Source: Candidatus Woesearchaeota archaeon
GTDB taxonomy: Archaea > Nanobdellota > Nanobdellia > Woesearchaeales > BM511
Direction: 5' to 3'
DNA length: 64,000 nucleotides
Assembly: GCA_002867475.1 (NCBI GenBank)
Contig: PKTL01000051.1
Coordinates: 4,640 to 68,639 of the forward strand
The stretch's first letter is position 1; each line of letters begins with the position of its first letter. A program made the translations under genes and the position numbers. The notes beneath the pieces were generated by a model, which had not been told where the DNA came from, made no database searches, and saw nothing but the letters and a program-made list of their open reading frames with translations. Shown here piece by piece: positions 58,061 through 64,000 of the stretch.

Positions 58061-58720
58061 TTAAGATTCTATTTCTTCTGCTCTTCCTTTCCTAACAAGA
58101 ACTCCAACTACTTTTTCTGGAAGGTTTGCCATATCCTCAGGTTCATATGGTCCAAAAACGTTTCCATCCGGCCCTACAAATTTTGGAACTGGGTAAAGGA
58201 ATCTTACAAGCTTATAGTCTTTAGGTACCATATCAGAAACTTTTTTTACTTGCTCCTTTGGTTTTTCACCCGAATCCTCTTCAGGCAACACTTCTTGTTT
58301 CATATCTTTTGGTATCAATCCATTTGATATTCTTTTTACTATATTATCCCTATAGCTTTTGAAAAGATTTGATATGGATACAAAATATTTTTTTTCAGTG
58401 TCTAACAAAAGTGATTTATCATAGACCATATTTTCTGTTCGAGACATATTCATAGCGAGGATTATCAGCTTCTTTTCTCTTCTATCGAAAAGCTCTTTTA
58501 TCATCTTTCTGATGTTGTTTATTTGAACTCTTGTCTTTTCAAGCTCTGATTCTGTAAAAAGATCCTTGTTCTCATTATTCAATATCTTCTTTTTCTCTTC
58601 TAGATATTCAGTAACATCAGTGAAAAATGTTAATGGAAGCTTTTGTAGTTCATCCTTTTGCTTCTCATTTCGAAGCATTTCATAAAGGGTTTCATAGGTT
58701 ATCCTTACTTCTTCACTCAT
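58061..58720 (-). CDS. GINS subunit (Gins51/Gins15-like), putative
   Basis: Helical A-domain plus a C-terminal B-domain-like YKLVRFLYPVPKFVGPDGNVFGPYEPEDMANLPEKVVGVLVRKGRA. Confidence 0.45.
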   Translation of the reverse strand: MSEEVRITYETLYEMLRNEKQKDELQKLPLTFFTDVTEYLEEKKKILNNENKDLFTESELEKTRVQINNIRKMIKELFDRREKKLIILAMNMSRTENMVYDKSLLLDTEKKYFVSISNLFKSYRDNIVKRISNGLIPKDMKQEVLPEEDSGEKPKEQVKKVSDMVPKDYKLVRFLYPVPKFVGPDGNVFGPYEPEDMANLPEKVVGVLVRKGRAEEIES

Positions 58721-58768
58721 GGAATCTTCAAAAAAATATTAAATATATAAACCTATTGGGTTTTCTAA

Positions 58769-59977
58769 ATGAATATGATAGAGAGAAGCTATGAGCAGCT
58801 AAAGTTCATTGATAAGCCTGAAAAGAAACTTGTGGAGATTATTTTTCTTGATCATTTCTATTTTAATATAGATTATGATGAACTTGAAATACTTGGTAAT
58901 TTTAAGGTTGAGAAAGGAAATTTTCTTTTTGAAAGAAAAGAAACAAAGTTTGACCATATAATTGACAGAGGTTTTTCTGACCTGAAATCTCGAATAACCG
59001 GGAAAAAAGTTATTTATGTTCATAAGAATAGTAATATCCCTCTAATTGGGAATGGCAGTTTTGGTATTGTTGACAGAGGAACTAATGTTATTGAGATAAA
59101 GCCTGTTTGTGGGTGTAATATTGATTGTGTTTATTGCAGTGTTGATGAGAATAGGAGAGGGGTCGATTTTGTAGTTGAAAAGGATTATTTGGTTGATGAA
59201 CTGGAAAAAGTTGTTGCTATCAAAAAGCATCCTGTTGAAATCCATATAGGTTGTCAGGGTGAACCTCTTTTGTATAGTCCTTTGGTTGAGCTTATTAGAG
59301 GATGTTCAAATATATCAAACGTTAAAAAGATTAGTATTGATACAAATGTGACCTTACTCAATGAGAAAAGGATTGATGATATGATTGAAGCAGGACTCAC
59401 ACAGTTTAATAGTAGTCTTAATTCTCTTGATAAAAATAGATCTATTAAAATTGCTAACTCTAAATATAATATTGATCATGTCGAAAAGATGATTAGATAC
59501 ATATCAACAAAGCCCGTAACTCAAGTTATTGCTCCAGTGTGGGTGCAAAGCTTAAATGATGAGGATATTGAGCCTATAATCGAGCTTTGTAAGGAAACCA
59601 ATTCGATTTGTGGAATTCAGAATTACCTTAGTTATTCTCTGGGTAAGAATGCTGGGAAAAGCATCACTATGGAAAATTTTTATGATAAGCTCAAGATATT
59701 GGAAAAAAAGCATGATATCAAGCTTATTATCAGCTTAAAAGATGATTTTGGAATCGTTCCAGATGCCCCAATTCCAAGAATTTTCAAGAAAGGAGATGTT
59801 ATCAATGTTGAAATTGTTTCACCTGGAAGGATGGGAAATGAGATGATTGGAATTGCTGAAGGAAGGAGCATATCAATCTATGATAATAAAAAAGAGATAA
59901 ATAAGAAGATAGGGAAAATTATCCCTGTAAAGATCATTCGAAGCAAACATAATATTTATGCAGGCGAACCTGTGTAA
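58769..59977 (+). CDS. radical SAM domain protein with a C-terminal TRAM-like beta-barrel
   Basis: CGCNIDCVYCS cluster motif; C-terminal GDVINVEIVSPGRMGNEMIG. Confidence 0.6.
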   Translation: MNMIERSYEQLKFIDKPEKKLVEIIFLDHFYFNIDYDELEILGNFKVEKGNFLFERKETKFDHIIDRGFSDLKSRITGKKVIYVHKNSNIPLIGNGSFGIVDRGTNVIEIKPVCGCNIDCVYCSVDENRRGVDFVVEKDYLVDELEKVVAIKKHPVEIHIGCQGEPLLYSPLVELIRGCSNISNVKKISIDTNVTLLNEKRIDDMIEAGLTQFNSSLNSLDKNRSIKIANSKYNIDHVEKMIRYISTKPVTQVIAPVWVQSLNDEDIEPIIELCKETNSICGIQNYLSYSLGKNAGKSITMENFYDKLKILEKKHDIKLIISLKDDFGIVPDAPIPRIFKKGDVINVEIVSPGRMGNEMIGIAEGRSISIYDNKKEINKKIGKIIPVKIIRSKHNIYAGEPV

Positions 59978-59981
59978 AGAA

Positions 59982-60572
59982 TTATTTATATGCAACTTTT
60001 CTTATTTCATTGCAAGGAACTTTATCAGCCGAATAGATCATTGCAGAATGAATTTTTTCAAATTTAGGCTTGTGCTTTTTTAACATATTAAAGGGTAACA
60101 GTCTCATCTCCAATGAATAAGTATCTTTACCAATTTCGATATCACAGAGAGGTATGCTTTCTTCTAAAGAAAATTCTTTTTCTTCTTTTTTTATTGAAAA
60201 AAGTTCATATATCGAAATATTAAACCCGTTTTCTACCTTATTTAATGTTGAAATTAAAGGTAATAACCTTTTACTACCTGAAATATATTTTTCAGTTTTT
60301 GAATCACAAACATCACATCTGCCATATGTTGACCATATTTCTAGAACTACATCTGCAAGATAATTATCGTTTTCTTCTTCTCTGGGCACTTTTTTTATGA
60401 TTTCATATACGGTTTTCACTGCTTCTTCATGGTTTAATTTTCCCGAATTTGTTGTTTTAGATAACATGTGATGCTGCAGCCATCTTGAAAAATCAGGATT
60501 TAGCTCGTGTGATCCATTTGAAAGATCCGATTCTTTAAATTTCGAAGTCATAAATTTTAGTGAAAAAGCCAC
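59982..60572 (-). CDS. hypothetical protein with a CxxC motif
   Basis: 196-aa ORF; CDVCDSK. Confidence 0.3.
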   Translation of the reverse strand: MAFSLKFMTSKFKESDLSNGSHELNPDFSRWLQHHMLSKTTNSGKLNHEEAVKTVYEIIKKVPREEENDNYLADVVLEIWSTYGRCDVCDSKTEKYISGSKRLLPLISTLNKVENGFNISIYELFSIKKEEKEFSLEESIPLCDIEIGKDTYSLEMRLLPFNMLKKHKPKFEKIHSAMIYSADKVPCNEIRKVAYK

Positions 60573-60625
60573 ATATTTAAAAGTTACTATTAAAAAAGAG
60601 TAAAAAAATAAATGCGTATAAAAGA

Positions 60626-61186
60626 CTAATCAGCGAAAAGCTTATACTTTTCAGTTCCTTCCAATTCTTTCATTATCCTTTTGATAACAAGCTTTTTTGG
60701 ATCTGGAATAAGCTTAACTCTTTCTTTTAGGTCTTGGAATGATTTGAAAGGATCACCTTTTCTCTCATCGATTATCTCCCACATGTGCTTCTTTCCAAGT
60801 CCAGGTAGAAGCTCAAGCTGATGCATTCTCATAGATAATGCTTGACTATTATTGAAGAAATCAACAAACCGAGTCTCATCATTAGTGACTATCTCATTAA
60901 CAATGAACTCTGCTTCCATCCTAGCATTGCCTGTAAGTTTACTTAGTGGAATTTTTCCATTTATATGATGTATTTCTTCTCTTTTTCCTTCACCAATGTA
61001 AACTTCTTGATGAGGCATTAGATGTACATACTTTTTTGGGACTAATTCTAACAAAGTGAATTTTGTTGTGCCTATAGCTTGAGCTATTGCTGTCTTCTTA
61101 TGGCTTGGAGTCTTGTCAAAAGGATAACCGTTTGGCAAGAAATCAAGGACTATTGCTTTTTCTTCTCTTTGAGTAGTCTGTGTCAT
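60626..61186 (-). CDS. DUF655-family protein (conserved archaeal, HhH-containing)
   Basis: …LLPGLGKKHMWEIIDER… HhH; conserved position downstream of rpoF and L21e. Confidence 0.6.
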   Translation of the reverse strand: MTQTTQREEKAIVLDFLPNGYPFDKTPSHKKTAIAQAIGTTKFTLLELVPKKYVHLMPHQEVYIGEGKREEIHHINGKIPLSKLTGNARMEAEFIVNEIVTNDETRFVDFFNNSQALSMRMHQLELLPGLGKKHMWEIIDERKGDPFKSFQDLKERVKLIPDPKKLVIKRIMKELEGTEKYKLFAD

Positions 61187-61251
61187 ATAAATCCCCCTAT
61201 CCTATATTCTTTAGTGAAATGTAAATTTATAAAGTTTTTGATTAGTAGGCC

Positions 61252-61596
61252 TTATTTCCTATAATCATCAACTACATCAACAATCTTTTTTAAGTTGTCA
61301 TTTGTTACGCTTACAGGATAAGCGCTTAGAATAGATTTTAGTTCCTCGACACTAATGGGCATTGTATCTATAACTTTTATTATATGATTTTCCTTAAATC
61401 TAGGAATCTCCAGTTCGACAATCTTTTGTTTTAATTCTTGAGCTTTTTTTGCTGTTGATATAAGAGTATTATGTGTTAGATAATCTTGAGTCTTTTGAGC
61501 TCTGAAACTTAATTCCGAATCTTTTTTTATCTTATCTAGCCTTTCTTTAACTTCGACCATACTTATCGATTCTTCAGATATCATTTCAGGATTCAT
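61252..61596 (-). CDS. rpoF: DNA-directed RNA polymerase subunit F (Rpo4)
   Basis: Size and L21e–RpoF–DUF655 synteny; helical HRDC-like C-terminus. Confidence 0.55.
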   Translation of the reverse strand: MNPEMISEESISMVEVKERLDKIKKDSELSFRAQKTQDYLTHNTLISTAKKAQELKQKIVELEIPRFKENHIIKVIDTMPISVEELKSILSAYPVSVTNDNLKKIVDVVDDYRK

Positions 61597-61613
61597 ATTA
61601 GCACCTCAAAATA

Positions 61614-61913
61614 TTAGTTTTTAAGTAGATGTACTGGGTGAACAATTATTGTTTTTTCCAATTTTCCATCTTTGATTGTTACTTCATAGCATGCTCCTCT
61701 TTTGGATTTAACAATTCCGCTTTTTCCATGAAATCTTGGAAAATACATGCCTTTTTGTACTGCTGGTTCACATTTTAGAACACATCTTTCTCCAGTTTCA
61801 AATTCCTGGAAGTACTTCTTTAATGATACTTTTCCTTTTTGTCTAATGTTCTTTGACAGTTTATGTCGTGTTTTCCTTTTGAATCCACCAGTTCTTGTTA
61901 CCATAATAATCAC
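61614..61913 (-). CDS. rpl21e: 50S ribosomal protein L21e
   Basis: GFKRKTRHKLSKNIRQKGK...FHGKSGIV... signature. Confidence 0.85.
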   Translation of the reverse strand: MIIMVTRTGGFKRKTRHKLSKNIRQKGKVSLKKYFQEFETGERCVLKCEPAVQKGMYFPRFHGKSGIVKSKRGACYEVTIKDGKLEKTIIVHPVHLLKN

Positions 61914-61985
61914 TAATATAATTGAATGAAATTGAGGAAATATGTTTTCTTTATAAAACTTTCTAAATATGTAAAATAAGCTTAT

Positions 61986-63197
61986 CTAGAATTCCCAAAG
62001 CTTCTTCTGCTCTTTTTTTTCTTTCAATAGCTTACTTGATTGAATAAGAGACTGTAGATTATATTGGAATTTCTTCTTGCCTAATTTTCTTACATATTCA
62101 AGCATGAGCTCTTTCGAATCAAAAATTATAGGTTTATTCGCTAATGCTTTTCGTACCGCTTCTCTCACAACCCAAACGCCAAGAGGTGCCCAATAATCAT
62201 CTGTGATAAACCTAAGAACCAAACATGTGGCTTGTCTTTTCTCATTATTAAGAGCTTCCATTATTGGCAATCTTGCTGCGTAATATCCTCCTGCTGTTGT
62301 TTCAGCATAGCTTTTTCTTCCGTCAAACCCTTCAACATCTGTTGCATACCCAATATGACTTGTATGCATCTCAAAAAGTTCATACCCCCAGACATCTGGA
62401 AACATCAAGATTGCAAAGAAATTTCCTAAATGACCTCCAAAATATGCACAAAACTCATTTATTGCTGGATAATCTATCAACTTCTTATAGAGCGTTTTTC
62501 CCATGGCATCATCAACTGCAGTGATTGCCCACCTAGTAGGTACCAGTTTTCTCGCGTTTCCAACACCTAGATTTCCAACTGAAAGAAGTTTTGTTAGTTC
62601 ATGTTCAGAATATCCATGCTTTTGAAGATAGTTTATCGCATTTATACTTTTAAGATCTGTATCGGTAACTACCTTATCCACTTTTTTTGGTACATGAACA
62701 TTGCTTGTTATCTGGATCTTTTCAAGCTTGACATTTGATCCATGAGGAGTTATATCCTGATTGAAAGTTATATTGAATTCAGGTTTTTTTGATAGTTCAA
62801 TATCCACATCAACGGGTTTTACTGATTGACTGACTTCCTTACTCATCTCAAGAAGCCTATCATTGAAACCTTTAATATCAGCCTTGAATGTGGAATTGAC
62901 CATCTCTGTTCTTTTATCTATAACATTTTGGATCCCATATTCTTTCTTGCTCCATGTAGAAGGTTCATCGTGCTCATCATACATTTTTGTGGATAGAAAA
63001 CCTACATTGACTTTAGGATATCCTGCCCTACCTACAAATATATTAGGTGAGTCTCCTGAGAAATCCTTGCTTGATTCGATATTTACCTTTTTTTGGATTT
63101 TCATCTTCTGCATCAATGGACAAAAGGGTCTTCCGCAAAAATTTCTTCCTTTGCAACGTACACATTCAAGATTCATATTATAATTAAAAATATACAA
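61986..63197 (-). CDS. NreA-like DNA repair protein (archaeal Nre family), putative, with a C-terminal PIP-like motif
   Basis: N-terminal C-x2-C-KGR-x2-CG-x3-CP zinc motif (CVRCKGRNFCGRPFCP); C-terminal QKKLWEF. Confidence 0.4.
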   Translation of the reverse strand: MYIFNYNMNLECVRCKGRNFCGRPFCPLMQKMKIQKKVNIESSKDFSGDSPNIFVGRAGYPKVNVGFLSTKMYDEHDEPSTWSKKEYGIQNVIDKRTEMVNSTFKADIKGFNDRLLEMSKEVSQSVKPVDVDIELSKKPEFNITFNQDITPHGSNVKLEKIQITSNVHVPKKVDKVVTDTDLKSINAINYLQKHGYSEHELTKLLSVGNLGVGNARKLVPTRWAITAVDDAMGKTLYKKLIDYPAINEFCAYFGGHLGNFFAILMFPDVWGYELFEMHTSHIGYATDVEGFDGRKSYAETTAGGYYAARLPIMEALNNEKRQATCLVLRFITDDYWAPLGVWVVREAVRKALANKPIIFDSKELMLEYVRKLGKKKFQYNLQSLIQSSKLLKEKKEQKKLWEF

Positions 63198-63936
63198 ATT
63201 TATATTGTTTTTTAATTGTGACTACATCAATTTTTTGAATAATATCATAAAAGTCATCTTTTAGTTGATTAATTATTTTATCAAATTCTATTTCATTGCT
63301 TACTTCAAATTCAGGTTCAAATTCCCAGTTTGATAGTACTTTTGCGATGTGAATAACATTAGGATTTTGTTCCAAACTTGCTTTTAGTTTTTTGACTCTT
63401 TCAATTTTTGGATTATCTATGTGAATAAATGCCTTATAGAATCTTAATTTTAATTTTTCATAATTTATAGATATTTTAAATGCTAATATTATTTTTTGTT
63501 TTACTAGTTGTTGTATCCGGTATTGAATTACTCTTGCTGTTGTTTTTAATTCACTTGCAATTTCAATTAAGGATTTTCGTGAATTTACGGATAATATTTT
63601 TAGAATTTTATAATCAAGCTCATCAATTCTTACTATTTCATCCTTTTTCATAAGAATATTTTTTTTAGTGTTGTTATATTTTTTATCAAGTAGGTAATCT
63701 CTGTCATGTACTGTTCCTTCTACAAGGATAGCGATTGATTTTTTATCTAGGTGACCTTCAAATAATCCTAATACCTTATTTTTTATATAATCTATTTCTT
63801 CGAAAGTTTTTGTTTCAAGAGATATTATCATGTCCCATGAACCATTACATGAAACAACCCATTTTGTTTCTTCTAATTCTTTTAATTTAATTATTATTTC
63901 TTCTAGTTTTTTTGTTGTTATGTGTTGAAAAGCCAT
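63184..63936 (-). CDS. Lrp/AsnC-like regulator with an additional N-terminal domain
   Basis: Central AsnC-type HTH (DYKILKILSVNSRKSLIEIASELKTTARVIQYRI) flanked by RAM-like domains. Confidence 0.45.
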   Translation of the reverse strand: MAFQHITTKKLEEIIIKLKELEETKWVVSCNGSWDMIISLETKTFEEIDYIKNKVLGLFEGHLDKKSIAILVEGTVHDRDYLLDKKYNNTKKNILMKKDEIVRIDELDYKILKILSVNSRKSLIEIASELKTTARVIQYRIQQLVKQKIILAFKISINYEKLKLRFYKAFIHIDNPKIERVKKLKASLEQNPNVIHIAKVLSNWEFEPEFEVSNEIEFDKIINQLKDDFYDIIQKIDVVTIKKQYKFVYF

Positions 63937-64000
63937 ACATATTTTAAATTGATAGATGCCTAATTTGGATAGATTGATTATGGTTTGGTATCCTGTTATG

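Noticed and set aside
1-64000. CRISPR arrays, rRNA genes, transposase or integrase genes
   Set aside because: I scanned for regularly spaced short repeats, rRNA-like GC-rich blocks, and DDE or tyrosine-recombinase motifs and found none. The only repeat structures are the 54-bp direct-repeat pair, the 15-nt tRNA 5' duplication, and intragenic coiled-coil repeats.
1-64000. Whether the window is bacterial (because of lgt, rsmI-like and fused selU)
   Set aside because: Archaeal-specific markers dominate: r-proteins L37e, L21e, S8e and archaeal S10; LSm; RpoF–DUF655; GINS; NreA; EndoQ; archaeal short TIM; the POR gamma-delta-alpha-beta operon; class-III signal peptides. The bacterial-type genes are better explained as acquisitions.

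Overview
This is a very AT-rich (~30% GC) archaeal chromosomal window. Its archaeal hallmarks are a short archaeal-type TIM, archaeal-type ribosomal proteins (S10, L37e, L21e, S8e), an LSm protein, the L21e–RpoF–DUF655 operon, a GINS subunit, NreA, EndoQ, form-III RuBisCO, a gamma-delta-alpha-beta POR operon, and non-canonical tRNA introns. The gene content resembles a small-genome, DPANN-like fermentative archaeon, although it also carries several bacterial-type genes (lgt, rsmI-like, single-chain selU). Coding density is high. Core functions present: glycolysis (tpiA, pgk); a pyruvate:ferredoxin oxidoreductase operon (porGDAB) directly followed by ADP-forming acetyl-CoA synthetase (acdBA); form-III RuBisCO; serS and thrS; SRP54; and a Cache-MCP chemoreceptor. 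There are two pilin-like proteins with class-III signal peptides, and a surface block at ~39.3–45.6 kb made of N-glycosylation-sequon-rich secreted proteins plus a 1112-aa protein with a signal peptide, a TM segment, coiled coil, internal repeats and TPR repeats. The most unusual locus is 15.97–18.88 kb. An intron-containing tRNA is followed by a 2.7-kb segment bounded by two identical 54-bp direct repeats. Each repeat is fused to a tRNA 3'-end-like module in which a ~50-nt structured insert interrupts the T-loop. The segment carries a Fic/Doc gene and a 368-aa unknown gene, each preceded by a conserved ~25-nt motif, and has no integrase. It may be an integrated or cassette-like element, or an undescribed split-tRNA arrangement. 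Other notable items are listed here. (1) Two tandem Csa3-like CARF–wHTH regulators with no CRISPR-Cas nearby. (2) A four-CBS protein fused to a bacterial HPF/RaiA-like ribosome-hibernation domain. (3) A GC-richer structured intergenic region next to SRP54. (4) A second tRNA with long intron(s) and a 15-nt 5' duplication. (5) A vWA/AAA+ (ChlD/ChlI-like) pair.
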